A stretch of DNA of 64,000 bases from a bacterium (GCA_965205865.1 CBDBHR010000029.1:672001-736000), one strand, 5' to 3'; shown: positions 43,256 through 54,414, counted from the first letter of the stretch. Numbers and translations: made by a program. Notes: generated by a model from the letters alone, not told the origin.

Positions 43256-43893
43256 GGAGTACGATTATTTTTGTTATGTTCTCACCGATGCGCTCACTCC
43301 CTGGCAGGCTCACAAAGAGTATGGCCAGAGGGCGGTCGCTGAGACATGGATTGAGGAAGCAAAAAATCAAACTGCGCTGGCTCAGATTAAAACCGACGAT
43401 TTTTGGGCCAACAGTGCCTTGTTCCAATGCGCGATACTCGCTTACAACACGCTGCGCTGGATGGCCCTTTGTAGTGGTAACGCAATACTGCGCCGTTGGG
43501 AACCGGCCACCATGCGCACCTATCTTGTCCGAATGGCAGGAAAATGGACGAGTGGCGCTCGTCAACAAAAACTGAGAGTTCCGGAAAGAACACTTTACAA
43601 TGCTCAATGGGATGCATGGGTCGCTGTTGGAGAGACCTGGATCCTTTGTTTCACTCCAGTGGAAACGTTTTGCTGAGATGTCGATCCCCAAATCCAGGGA
43701 GAAGTACGTCTTGAATCTTGTGCCCGCGAAAGCGGGTATCAGATCATCACAAAATATGACGATCAAATGGAGGGCGGAAAAACCTTTATGAGCAAGGACT
43801 GATGGAAATTCAACTCTCAAATCCTTTTTTTTAAAAAAACCTCTCAAAGAGTGAGGGGAAACTCAATCAAAATATTCAATTGCAGGATTTAAG
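43256..43893 (+). mobile_element. IS1380 family 3' remnant with right TIR
   Basis: YGQRAVAETWIEEAK..FWANSALFQCAILAYN; ends ATTGCAGGATTTAAG, the near-inverse of CCTAAATCCTGCAAT at 63333. Confidence 0.85.
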
Positions 43894-43932
43894 TCGAATA
43901 TTAACTTGTGCAGTTAGGTATATAGTTCCCGT

Positions 43933-45156
43933 ATGAAGACACAATTGGTTACAACTGTTGAAGAATTGTTCAGTAAAGGCGATCAAGGCTTCTTTATATG
44001 GATATCCAGTGAAGGTAAGGAATGCGAAACTATTTCAAAATTGCATAGTACTCCTCGTTGCGATCAGCTTATTGATATGCAAGACGAACTAAGCGAATTT
44101 ACCGCACTTACCGCACCTGGAATGCTGAAAAGAATTTGTATTGTAGACAATGAAACCGTAGTTTCGAAAAGTAGCGTAAATCGTCCAATATCGGTAGTAC
44201 AAAACGAAGTCATTGCTTTAATTAACGCAGCGAGTGTATTCCAAAGTGTTAGGTTTGAGAGAGCAACTGACGACTTTAATATACAGACTGTTCCAATTTT
44301 GGCGGTTATAAAAGCAAATGGAGTAGTTTATACACTCATGCGCTACAGTCCATTCCCAACTTTAGATGAAATTTTAGTATGCAATCCTAATCGACTATTG
44401 CAAAAAACCTACTTAGAAAAACTTAAAAAACTATTTCACCTCCTATATTCCAAGGGTTTTTACTGGCGTGACCTCGCGCCAAGAAACATATTAGTCGACG
44501 AAACAAATTTAACCCCCACTTTCATCCTCTTGGATTTCGAAAAATCAGGCCTAGTAAACGATATTGAAATGCCCTTAGAGGTTTTCTGGCGGGGTTCTGT
44601 TATTTCTGAAGAATTAGCGAGTGTATGCTATTTGGATGTTATTTTGGAAGTTTTTAGTGATTGTTATCAACCCAGTTCATGGTGCGCAAAAAACGAGAGT
44701 ATTGAACTTAGCTCATTTATGAGAAGAGAAGTTAGAGATATTCTAGTGAACGATAAAAGTCTTGTGAATCGGCATCATTACAATTCTCTGGATAGAAAAT
44801 TAATAGAGATTCGTGGGCCAATCGAGGACAACTTAGGAAAAGTCTACTTCCCTGGGAAATACAGTTTCATATTTGACCATATTTTAGGCCCAATTATTGA
44901 CAGACAAGTAAATGAATTATTTCTAGCTGCGAAAATCGAAGGCCGATTCCTTGAAGAGGTAAAGTTCTTCGACAGATTACTTTATGACTATGGAGTAAAG
45001 GTAACCGACTTTTTTTCGTCTTCAAACAGGAAAATACCAGAAGTAGATTTAGATAGTATCGAACACGACATACAAGAAAGGTCAAGACAAACAAACTGTC
45101 TAAAAATTATTAGAAACTTCCTGGAAAGACGAGTTATTGTCGAATCTGGTGTATGA
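43933..45156 (+). CDS. Protein-kinase-like fold protein (orphan, AT-rich)
   Basis: YWRDLAPRNILV catalytic loop and LLDFE motif. Confidence 0.6.
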   Translation: MKTQLVTTVEELFSKGDQGFFIWISSEGKECETISKLHSTPRCDQLIDMQDELSEFTALTAPGMLKRICIVDNETVVSKSSVNRPISVVQNEVIALINAASVFQSVRFERATDDFNIQTVPILAVIKANGVVYTLMRYSPFPTLDEILVCNPNRLLQKTYLEKLKKLFHLLYSKGFYWRDLAPRNILVDETNLTPTFILLDFEKSGLVNDIEMPLEVFWRGSVISEELASVCYLDVILEVFSDCYQPSSWCAKNESIELSSFMRREVRDILVNDKSLVNRHHYNSLDRKLIEIRGPIEDNLGKVYFPGKYSFIFDHILGPIIDRQVNELFLAAKIEGRFLEEVKFFDRLLYDYGVKVTDFFSSSNRKIPEVDLDSIEHDIQERSRQTNCLKIIRNFLERRVIVESGV

Positions 45157-45335
45157 GGAATTTCAAGCGGCCGCACGGTCTAATTCCTGCGTCTCTACTC
45201 CATCTTTGAATTTCACTCCTGCATAGTAGGAAAATCAAAAAATACACGAGATCATAGCAGCTAGAAATAGGCATGTAAATGGAAATTTAGGGATTCTTTT
45301 TTTATTTTTTGGCAGGTTTCCTGGGTGGATGAAAA

Positions 45336-46107
45336 GGGGTCAGGCCTTTGATTATTTGATTAGCAACGAGTCTAGTTTTTTTGCTCCCTTTTCATTTAAT
45401 CAAAGTCACCGTAAAGAACTGACTTATAGTGGTTTCCAGCCACCTTTCGTCATTCCTCCGGTACAGATCCGGACGTGCGCTGCTAACGTATCCGGCTCCT
45501 GCTTCGAGTCAGACGCTCAAACGTTGCCGTTTGGCGCACCCTGCTTAAACCGCTCTCTGATTTTACCGGCCTCTGAGTTCCGAACACAGGAGGGCAAGCA
45601 GAATTCCTCTCAGCCAAGTCCCTTTGCTCCACAGGCTCCGTTGATTTCCTTTGCAATATTACTCTCTACAAATGATCTCATTGTTCGCCGCTTCATCGCT
45701 ACTACGAACTTGTCCGACTTCCTGAAGACGTAGATATCGGGGTTATTTATTAATTTTCCCGATCCGACTACCAATGGAATGTTGACAGTCATCCTCAGGA
45801 TCTCCCAGGTTCCGGTCAAGAAACTTCCACACATGCACCGGGTCTTTGACTCCGCCAGGCTCAGCCGGGACTCACGCTAAGGCCTTCGGTTGATGTTGCC
45901 TTCCCCACCAGATCACAAGGTCAGCGCCTGAGACTATGATTTCGGAGCTCAATACCGAGCCTGTGTTCTCCCCTGTCAACGCTTAGCGCCTATCCTTGCG
46001 AATAACCACTCATGACTCGGGGACTCGGCGGGTCGTTACTGCCTTACCGAGTAAGAGACTTTCACTCTCTATTTCTTGCCAGCTTTCCTGGCGCACAGCC
46101 TGACCCC
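45336..46107. repeat. GGGGTCAGG inverted-repeat doublet (REPIN-like) interrupted by an intron
   Basis: GGGGTCAGGCCTTTGATT ... AATCAAA|intron|AGCCTGACCCC. Confidence 0.85.
45405..46096 (-). mobile_element. ORF-less group II intron (692 nt), deletion derivative of the intron at 60458-62414
   Basis: GTGCG 5' end, domain V GAGCCGGATACGTTAGCAGCGCACGTCCGGATC, domain VI with bulged A, ..GTGAC 3' end. Confidence 0.93.
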
Positions 46108-46401
46108 CTTTTGACCCCCTTTCTGATGCGGGAAGCGCTCCGGCAGGACCTTATCTGCACGGTCTGGACCACGGGACTGCGGGATCGTTTGATTCCCGAT
46201 TGACAACACATGCTAAAATTACTATTAAAGTCAAACACCTTGCTTCGTTTTGTATCTTTTTTTTCCATCTCGATTGCATCCATATCGGCCCTATACCCTA
46301 TTGCGAGGATGACACTGAAGGCGAATCACCTTTTGATTGTCATGATATCCTGTGATAGAAAATGTGGACTCTTTATTTCGAAATAGCGAAAAATTCTTTA
46401 T

Positions 46402-47619
46402 GTGAAAGTGGAAATCATGAAAGCAGAATTTCAAGGAATGGTAAAAGACCCAGGGAAATATCCGCCATTGACAGAAGTGCGTAAGAATTTTCGCCCCAAC
46501 TGGTACAGACCCCGCCTTGATTCTAAAAAATTTCGAGAGCTCAGTCAGCGCAGTGATCTACAAGCCTGTTTTCAGACATTGGGTCATCTGGGTTTGTGGA
46601 TGGTTACCGGGCTGCTCTCATTCTTCTTTTTTAAGCAAGAGCTTTGGATCGGTTTTGGCGTTGCTCTCTTTCTGCATGGCACCGTTGGTACCTTTTTTCA
46701 GGGTGCTGCCGTACACGAGTTAGGGCATGGCACGGTTTTTCGCACTCGCAGGCTCAATGTTTTTTTCAACAAAATCTTCAGCACCCTCGGATGGATCAAC
46801 ATCTATGACTTCAAAATGAGCCATACCTACCACCACCTCTATACCCTGCATCCTGTGGGAGATCGCGAAGTGGTTTTGCCGCTGAATCCAAAAATGAGCT
46901 TCCTCGACTTCATTCAGATCTTCACTTTCAATTTTACCAGCACCTTTGAAGCCTTCGGTCTCGTCCCTCGAGTTGATTATTTCATCCAAACGGCGCTCAA
47001 CCGCATTCCTCAAGGTAAGTCCGTGGGTGCGGGAGAAGAAGAAGGGAATTGGCTGCAGGCGCTATACGAAGGTGAACCGGAAAAGCGCAGCAAAGCGGTT
47101 CATTGGGCTCGAATAGTGCTTGGATTTCATGCCCTTGTCATTCTTTTTTCAGTGACCATCGGGGAGCCCATCCTCATCCTTCTCATTTCGGGGAGTGCAT
47201 TTACGGCAAACTGGCTGAGAAGCTTCGTCGGTGGTGTGATGCACACCGGATTGATGCAAAATGTTCCCGACATCCGCCTGAGCACTCGGAGTAATACCTT
47301 GGATCCCATTTCCGAATTTCTCTATTGGCATATGAACTGGCACATCGAACACCATATGTATCCAGGGGTTCCCTGTTACAATTTGAAAAAATTGCATGAA
47401 GCCACTAAAGAAGACATGCCCCAACCCCGCACTTTGATAGGCGCGTGGCGAGAAGCGCATGAAATTTGGCGGAAGCAACAGGAAGACCCTGCCTATGAGT
47501 TTGAGACCACTTTGCCAGCGACGGCTCATCACGCAGTGACCCGCACCAGCCAAGCAAAAGAGGTAGATGCCTTGGAATCCGAGTGGGTGAGTAAAATTGC
47601 ACCGCAGGGATTTCAGTAA
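46402..47619 (+). CDS. Fatty acid desaturase family membrane di-iron enzyme
   Basis: Three His boxes: HELGH, HTYHH, HIEHH. Confidence 0.9.
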   Translation: MKVEIMKAEFQGMVKDPGKYPPLTEVRKNFRPNWYRPRLDSKKFRELSQRSDLQACFQTLGHLGLWMVTGLLSFFFFKQELWIGFGVALFLHGTVGTFFQGAAVHELGHGTVFRTRRLNVFFNKIFSTLGWINIYDFKMSHTYHHLYTLHPVGDREVVLPLNPKMSFLDFIQIFTFNFTSTFEAFGLVPRVDYFIQTALNRIPQGKSVGAGEEEGNWLQALYEGEPEKRSKAVHWARIVLGFHALVILFSVTIGEPILILLISGSAFTANWLRSFVGGVMHTGLMQNVPDIRLSTRSNTLDPISEFLYWHMNWHIEHHMYPGVPCYNLKKLHEATKEDMPQPRTLIGAWREAHEIWRKQQEDPAYEFETTLPATAHHAVTRTSQAKEVDALESEWVSKIAPQGFQ

Positions 47620-47794
47620 GATTTCAAAGTGGATGAAGATGATCAGTGACCCAGACTGAATCAAATTTGTCTTGAATCGCTTCCAACGTATTCACAATTT
47701 GATCGATGAAATTGTGGCTATCATCAACGTTCGGTCCTGCTTAGGGATGGATCACCCAAGCAAATTTCAAACCAGGCATCTTCCAATTACTTTT

Positions 47795-48625
47795 TTATAA
47801 ATTAACAGGATCCGGACAGATTCGAAAGCCTTGATCCAGTCCATTCAGAATCTCCATCTGTGGCGGACTCAGGTTGAAATCAAACACATCCGCATTTTCT
47901 TCAATACGTTGAGGACGAACCGACTTGGGAATCACTGTCTGACCACGTTGCAAGGCCCAGCGGATCATTACCTGGGCAGCTGATTTTTTTGTTTCCTCCG
48001 CAATGCGACGGAGGCCGGGTTCATTGAAACGATGACCCCGGGCCAACGGACAGTAACCGGTGAGGTGAATATTTTCTTGATGACAGAAGGAGACGATGGT
48101 TTGCTGTTGCAGGAAAGGATTGAGTTCGATTTGATTAACGACGGGTCGTACATTTCCCTTCTCCAGCAACTCACTCAAGTGTTTCGGAGCAAAATTGCTG
48201 ACGCCAATCGAACGACTGCGGCCTTCCTGCCGGATGCGTTCCAAGGCGCGCCACGTTTGCAAATTGGATCCCCTTGATGGCCAATGAATCAAGAAAAGAT
48301 CCACTAATTCCAATCTCATCTTCTTCAAGCTGTTGTCGAATGCCCTCAGAGCCGCATCGTAATCGTGTTCTGAATTCGACAGTTTGGACGTGAGAAACAC
48401 CTCTTCTCTCTTGAGACCGGAGGCGCGGAAGGCATCTCCAACGTCTTTCTCATTGCCATACATCTGTGCCGTATCGACATGCCGATATCCAGTCTTAAAT
48501 GCGCACAAAGTGGCCTGGAATGTCTCTCTTCCGGATCGGACATCCCAGACACCAAGTCCCAGCAAGGGCATACGATGACCGTCCTGAAGCGTGATATGGC
48601 TACGGATGTGCAGGGATTGATTCAT
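47795..48625 (-). CDS. Aldo/keto reductase
   Basis: GYRHVDTA.MYGNE, LIHWP, SIGVSNF, IPKS. Confidence 0.95.
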   Translation of the reverse strand: MNQSLHIRSHITLQDGHRMPLLGLGVWDVRSGRETFQATLCAFKTGYRHVDTAQMYGNEKDVGDAFRASGLKREEVFLTSKLSNSEHDYDAALRAFDNSLKKMRLELVDLFLIHWPSRGSNLQTWRALERIRQEGRSRSIGVSNFAPKHLSELLEKGNVRPVVNQIELNPFLQQQTIVSFCHQENIHLTGYCPLARGHRFNEPGLRRIAEETKKSAAQVMIRWALQRGQTVIPKSVRPQRIEENADVFDFNLSPPQMEILNGLDQGFRICPDPVNL

Positions 48626-48812
48626 TTTTGATCTCCACTTTTATTTTGCGCTCTTCTCACACTAGATTTTATAGAAATATAACCGATTTGAAAATTAATC
48701 AATAAGAGATAAACAACATACCGTGTTTTTCTGTTGCAAGCATGATTACTTTTCTAAATTGTTCGTTACTTCAAATTTTTCAGGAGTTCTCCATCGTCTC
48801 GACTATAAACTA

Positions 48813-49631
48813 TCAATGAAACTCAATGCCTCCATCTACGTTTATTGCCTGACCAGTGACGTTTTCAGCAGTGGCCAGGTAAACGGCTAGTTGGCCAATG
48901 TCCTCAGGGGTTTGGGGACGACCCAAGGGGGGCTTCGTTTGGATACGTTGCCAGGCTTGCTCTTTTGACTCGTTACCCTCCCTATATCCTTCAGATAAAT
49001 ATTCAAACATTTGAGTACCGATGATCCCTGGACAAATCGCGTTGACACGAATGCCAGCAGGAGCCAGTTCCTTTGCCAGGGCATTGGTGAAACCCACCAC
49101 AGCGAACTTCGAAGCGCAGTAGTGAGCTTGTTTTGGAACCCCCATTTTCCCTGCAATCGAGGCGATGTTGATAATACATCCTCCGTTTTGGGCTTTCATG
49201 ACGGGAATTGCCGCCTGACACGAGAGGAAGACCCCTTTCGTATTGACAGCAAAGGTGAGATCCCATGCCTCTTCACTCAATGCTTCGACGAGTGAAAGAC
49301 TGATCACTCCCGCATTGCATACGAGGATATGCAGATGACCGAGTTGCCGCATGGTCTCTTCAACCATAAGCTTTGTATCCTCTTTCTTAGTGACATCCGC
49401 ATGCAATGCAATTGCGCGTCGGCCCAGGGCAACAATGTCGCTCACAGTCGTTTGGGCAGCCGTCAAACCCCCAAGTGCTGCAGTACCATATTGTTGTACC
49501 GTACTTGATAGCTTCTCAACATCGGCGAGGGCGATATCAACACCGGCCTCCGCCAGCGCGATTGCGATTCCCCGCCCAATTCCTCGTGCCCCTCCCGTTA
49601 CCAAGGCTACTTTTCCTTCAAGGGATAACAT
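48813..49631 (-). CDS. Short-chain dehydrogenase/reductase
   Basis: TGGARGIG, CNAG, YCASK, GQAINVDGG. Confidence 0.95.
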   Translation of the reverse strand: MLSLEGKVALVTGGARGIGRGIAIALAEAGVDIALADVEKLSSTVQQYGTAALGGLTAAQTTVSDIVALGRRAIALHADVTKKEDTKLMVEETMRQLGHLHILVCNAGVISLSLVEALSEEAWDLTFAVNTKGVFLSCQAAIPVMKAQNGGCIINIASIAGKMGVPKQAHYCASKFAVVGFTNALAKELAPAGIRVNAICPGIIGTQMFEYLSEGYREGNESKEQAWQRIQTKPPLGRPQTPEDIGQLAVYLATAENVTGQAINVDGGIEFH

Positions 49632-50035
49632 ATCTCTTTCCTTTCTGCTCGAAGACCCGAGCCATATAATGTAAATTAAAAAACTCCATTAAATACATCA
49701 TCGAGTAAATTTTTATCAAATTTTTTTAAGATTATGAAGCAATAATAGTGTTAGAATAGGACAATGATCAATATAGTATCTCATAACTGCGCAGATGATC
49801 TCATTTCCCTTGCCGGTGCCTACCTGGAGTTGAATGAGAGTATTTGAAGCAAGAAAAGTCACAGAAATTTTAACTGCCTCGACCTTCACGCGGCCTGGCC
49901 TTCGGCTATCACTCGACTAGTTCGAGTATTGTAAAGCAGAAAACATTTTAGTTCATTTTTCTTCGCGGATTGACAGTTATGTATATTCCGACTTTATTCA
50001 GGGAAACGCGCCCGGAAATTTTGAAACCCTTAAAT

Positions 50036-51083
50036 GGGGTCAGGCTTGAAAGTTTGAAACTTCAAGCAAGTATTTGACGTTTCAGTTCCTCTAATTGATT
50101 TTGGAGACCCTCGGATTCCTTCAATCGTTGTCTCAACCGGTGCACTCCAAAGCTAATCGTAGAATCGTCTCGATTGCAAACTTTTCCGACCTTCCGAATC
50201 GTTGCGGACTTCCAATCGAAAGCTAACATGCCAATCATCGCACGGGCTTCACTCAACTTTCGTGACTGCACGGCACTTCTTAATTCCTTCTCCTGCAGTT
50301 GATAAACTTGAGCCACTTGATGAATGATCCGTTCTAAAAGAGGAGGAGAGCAGGGGATGTTTTCGAGCTTCTTCAAAACCGAGGTCACAAAATGATCTTC
50401 TCCAATGATCTCTGAATGGGCAGAGCCTTTTTGAAAATTGACCGGCGAAGCAATGTTTCTCCCACTCCGGATATAATCCTCATAAAGTTTTCTGGCCTCT
50501 CCCCGTTTTGGGGAAAAGTGAGACAATCCCCAATCCGTATGCAACCATTCCAGCCGCCGCTTTCCCAAGTAAGCCAAATGGCTGCACCATGGGAAATCAA
50601 CCAACTCTTTGGCCACACCCGCTCGAATCGGATTGAGATGAATATAACGAATCAAGGCTAACAAATAGTTTTCTTGATCAACTATCAAGGCTTTATAACG
50701 TCCCTGAAATAAGTGGCCCATGCGTTTTTGCCGTTGATTGATCCAACGCGTGTAGCGAAATGAGATATTTTGCATGATCGGAGCAAGAGGGATCGCTCCC
50801 ACTTCAATGGCTAAATGGACATGATTGCTCATTAAACAAAAAGCGTGAATCCGATGATCAAAGCGTTGGTAACCTTCTTGGAGTAAGTGATAAAATTGTC
50901 GATAGTCGGGGGAACTGAAAAAAATGGGTTGCCCTCCATTGCCACGAAGCATCACATGATAAAGCGCACCAGGATAGTAAAGGCGTAGCTTACGGGCCAT
51001 CTTTAGAAACAAGCGAGAAGGAAAGTAAAATCGATTTAAAGAAAAAAATAACACTACTTTTCCAAACTTTCAAGCCTGACCCC
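50036..51083 (-). mobile_element. Y1 transposase element copy 1, bounded by 21-bp perfect inverted repeats (intron site empty)
   Basis: GGGGTCAGGCTTGAAAGTTTG at 50036 and CAAACTTTCAAGCCTGACCCC ending at 51083. Confidence 0.9.
50062..51000 (-). CDS. REP-associated tyrosine (Y1/HUH) transposase with DnaA C-terminal-like HTH
   Basis: YHVMLRGN, CLMSNHVHL (HUH), GHLFQGRY, YIHLNP.RAG; C-terminal EAR..IG...NRD.STI helix-turn-helix; start at MARK. Confidence 0.9.
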   Translation of the reverse strand: MARKLRLYYPGALYHVMLRGNGGQPIFFSSPDYRQFYHLLQEGYQRFDHRIHAFCLMSNHVHLAIEVGAIPLAPIMQNISFRYTRWINQRQKRMGHLFQGRYKALIVDQENYLLALIRYIHLNPIRAGVAKELVDFPWCSHLAYLGKRRLEWLHTDWGLSHFSPKRGEARKLYEDYIRSGRNIASPVNFQKGSAHSEIIGEDHFVTSVLKKLENIPCSPPLLERIIHQVAQVYQLQEKELRSAVQSRKLSEARAMIGMLAFDWKSATIRKVGKVCNRDDSTISFGVHRLRQRLKESEGLQNQLEELKRQILA

Positions 51084-51515
51084 CTTTATAACTGTTATTG
51101 TAATCCTTTCTGAGATCACTGGGGGAGAATGTGGTAAATGCAGATAATCTCCCAGAACAAGCTGTAGGGTATGCTGACCCAGTTCGAGATCAATCTCTAC
51201 TTCTGTCTGTCCCAACCCGAAATGTACAATCTGATTAGTGGCTGGAAGAGATTGATCAAATGATGGCATATCACCTTCAGCCACATCGATGAGAACATGG
51301 TGATGCCCTGTATTGGGAAACTGTATGCCAGCTGGAGCAATTCCCAGCCCCTTCAGTCCAAATCGTATGGTCACTGGTGAGGTGACAACTGCCCCATCCT
51401 CAGGCGACTGGATATAGACCCTTGCATCATCTGGGGCTGGTGACCTCTCCAGTGCTTCGGCAAGTGCAATGGGAACAAAAAGAAGAAGAATCGTGATCCA
51501 TAGTATCGTTCTCAT
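51054..51515 (-). CDS. DUF4399 domain secreted protein
   Basis: Signal peptide, V.IRFGL.G..IAPAG, TGHHHVLID, HFG.GQTE, G.HTLQL..GD..H. Confidence 0.88.
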   Translation of the reverse strand: MRTILWITILLLFVPIALAEALERSPAPDDARVYIQSPEDGAVVTSPVTIRFGLKGLGIAPAGIQFPNTGHHHVLIDVAEGDMPSFDQSLPATNQIVHFGLGQTEVEIDLELGQHTLQLVLGDYLHLPHSPPVISERITITVIKGVRLESLEK

Positions 51516-51647
51516 GGTGGTCCTTTCATATTGAATTGAATAACTCAAATATCTCATCACTCATTTTTACCTGGTTTAGATCAGGATTTAGAAAAGGTAA
51601 GCAAACCCCGAGAAAGAAGCAACGCGAAAGTTCGACCGGAGGCAAGA

Positions 51648-51686
51648 AGGGGGCCCAGGGTGTCATATCCTCAGGCCCCTTTTTTA
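51648..51686. terminator. Possible rho-independent terminator
   Basis: GGGGCC..GGCCCC stem followed by a T run. Confidence 0.45.
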
Positions 51687-51745
51687 TTAGAGCGACTCAC
51701 AATGGCTATCGAATCATTCCGTTATGATCTTCACGAATGATTGCG

Positions 51746-52231
51746 CTAATCCCTGTCTTCACTACCATGAGACTCTCCGGAGCTTTCAGAGCCTTCAGAA
51801 CCTTCGCCACCTCCATGTCCTGTTTCTGTTCCTGTTTCCGGGTGAGCAGTCCATGTGTCAAAAGTTCCTACAGCAGCAAGTTGCACAGGTATCTTTTGTC
51901 CTGGACGAAGATCAGTTCTGGAAGTTGGTCCTAATTCAATCCCATTTGATTGATGCACTTCAACACGAACGTCATAGAGCGTTGTTGTTAAGGTATTTTC
52001 CACGGTACCTTCAAAGGCATTGATCTGGCTGTTATAAACTATGATCAACCTCATGCCATTGACAACATGGTCATACTTTTGACTCAGAGTATATCTTCCT
52101 GTCTGTTCGGCAGCATCACCTCCTTGACCTTCACCACCCGTTTCTGAAACACGTTCTCCTTGAGCACATGCGTTTAATACCAATAATGATCCTAGTAACG
52201 AGATCATTAGTACTTTAAAAACATTTTTCAT
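51746..52231 (-). CDS. Hypothetical lipoprotein
   Basis: Signal peptide with LNAC lipobox; Gly/Glu-rich termini. Confidence 0.7.
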   Translation of the reverse strand: MKNVFKVLMISLLGSLLVLNACAQGERVSETGGEGQGGDAAEQTGRYTLSQKYDHVVNGMRLIIVYNSQINAFEGTVENTLTTTLYDVRVEVHQSNGIELGPTSRTDLRPGQKIPVQLAAVGTFDTWTAHPETGTETGHGGGEGSEGSESSGESHGSEDRD

Positions 52232-52548
52232 AATTTCCTCATTTCAATCAGGATTGATAAACAGGACGTCGACCTTCGACATCCACTGAGGCAAGTATAA
52301 GCAATCCAATGTTTTTTGAGGGTCAACGGAGTGTAAAACTTTTGTAAATTAATTCGATCTGCATCCATCATCAATTTTTGACGGAAGCAATTGCGGAGGG
52401 ATCCGGCAACGTTGGGGTAGCCATCCTAGTCAAACTGTTTGAAATTATCTGAAAGCACCAGGCATGGATTCTCTCCACGGCCTGCCGATTCAATTAGAAA
52501 AAGGATTTTCCAAGTATTAAATGGGGTCAGGCTTGAAATTTTGAAACT

Positions 52549-53487
52549 TCAAGCAAGTATTTGACGTTTCAGTTCCTCTAATTGATTTTGGAGACCCTCG
52601 GATTCCTTCAATCGTTGTCTCAACCGGTGCACTCCAAAGCTAATCGTAGAATCGTCTCGATTGCAAACTTTTCCGACCTTCCGAATCGTTGCGGACTTCC
52701 AATCGAAAGCTAACATGCCAATCATCGCACGGGCTTCACTCAACTTTCGTGACTGCCCGGCACTTCTTAATTCCTTCTCCTGCAGTTGATTAACTTGAGC
52801 CACTTGATGAATGATCCGTTCTAAAAGAGGAGGAGAGCAGGGGATGTTTTCGAGCTTCTTCAAAACCGAGGTCACAAAATGATCTTCTCCAATGATCTCT
52901 GAATGGGCAGAGCCTTTTTGAAAATTGACCGGCGAAGCAATGTTTCTCCCACTCCGGATATAATCCTCATAAAGTTTTCTGGCCTCTCCCCGTTTTGGGG
53001 AAAAGTGAGACAATCCCCAATCCGTATGCAACCATTCCAGCCGCCGCTTTCCCAAGTAAGCCAAATGGCTGCACCATGGGAAATCAACCAACTCTTTGGC
53101 CACGCCCGCTCGAATCGGATTGAGATGAATATAACGAATCAAGGCTAACAAATAGTTTTCTTGATCAACTAACAAGGCTTTATAACGTCCCTGAAATAAG
53201 TGGCCCATGCGTTTTTGCCGTTGATTGATCCAACGCGTGTAGCGAAATGAGATATTTTGCATGATCGGAGCAAGAGGGATCGCTCCCACTTCAATGGCTA
53301 AATGGACATGATTGCTCATTAAACAAAAAGCGTGAATCCGATGATCAAAGCGTTGGTAACCTTCTTGGAGTAAGTGATAAAATTGTCGATAGTCGGGGGA
53401 ACTGAAAAAAATGGGTTGCCCTCCATTGCCACGAAGCATCACATGATAAAGCGCACCAGGATAGTAAAGGCGTGGTTTACGGGCCAT
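52549..53487 (-). CDS. REP-associated tyrosine (Y1/HUH) transposase, copy 2
   Basis: Differs from copy 1 by a few residues. Confidence 0.9.
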   Translation of the reverse strand: MARKPRLYYPGALYHVMLRGNGGQPIFFSSPDYRQFYHLLQEGYQRFDHRIHAFCLMSNHVHLAIEVGAIPLAPIMQNISFRYTRWINQRQKRMGHLFQGRYKALLVDQENYLLALIRYIHLNPIRAGVAKELVDFPWCSHLAYLGKRRLEWLHTDWGLSHFSPKRGEARKLYEDYIRSGRNIASPVNFQKGSAHSEIIGEDHFVTSVLKKLENIPCSPPLLERIIHQVAQVNQLQEKELRSAGQSRKLSEARAMIGMLAFDWKSATIRKVGKVCNRDDSTISFGVHRLRQRLKESEGLQNQLEELKRQILA

Positions 53488-53559
53488 CTTTAGAAACAAG
53501 CGAGAAGGAAAGTAAAATCGATTTAAAGAAAAAAATAACACTACTTTTCCAAACTTTCA

Positions 53560-54248
53560 GTCACCGTAAAGAACTGACTTATAGTGGTTTCCAGCCACCT
53601 TTCGTCATTCCTCCGGTACAGATCCGGACGTGCGCTGCTAACGCATCCGGCTCCTGCTTCGAGTCAGACGCTCAAACGTTGCCGTTTGGCGCACCCTGCT
53701 TAAACCGCTCTCTGATTTTACGGCCTCTGAGTTCCGAACACAGGAGGGCAAGCAGAATTCCTCTCAGCCAAGTCCCTTTGCTCCACAGGCTCCGTTGATT
53801 TCCTTTGCATTGTTACTCTCTGCAAATGATCTCATTGTTCGCCGCTTCATCGCTACTACGAACTTGTCCGACTTCCTGAAGACGTAGATATCGGGGTTAT
53901 TTATTAATTTTCCCGATCCGACTACCAATAGAATGTTGACAGTCGTCTTCAGGATCTCCCAGGTTCCGATCAAGAAACTTCCACACATGCACCGGGTCTT
54001 TGACTCCGCCAGGCTGCCGAGACTCACGCTAACGCCTTCGGTTGATATTGCCTTCCCCACCAGACCACAAGGTCAGCGCCTGAAACTATGATTTCGGAGC
54101 TCAATACCGAGCCTATGTTCTCCCCTGTCAACGCTTAGCGCCTATCCTTGCGAATAACCACTCATGACTCGGGGACTCGGCGGGTCGTTACTGCCTTACC
54201 GAGTAAGAGACTTTCACTCTCTATTTCTTGCCAGCTTTCCTGGCGCAC
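53560..54248 (-). mobile_element. ORF-less group II intron (689 nt)
   Basis: Same ends and same deletion junction as 45405-46096. Confidence 0.93.
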
Positions 54249-54414
54249 AGCCTGACCCCCTTTTTTCCGCTCCAGCGGCTCAGATTCAGCATACTCACAC
54301 GGCCCCGACAACACATCATCACGGTAGTGATCATAGAAAGCTGCTTGATCAATGAACTTGAGATTATTGGCTGAAGACAACATAAATAGGGGAGCAGTTC
54401 GAACATAAAAATCG

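Larger units (their letters stand above)
52523..54259 (-). mobile_element. Y1 transposase element copy 2, with an ORF-less intron in the upstream inverted repeat
   Basis: GGGGTCAGGCTTGAAATTTTG ... CAAACTTTCA|intron|AGCCTGACCCC. Confidence 0.9.
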
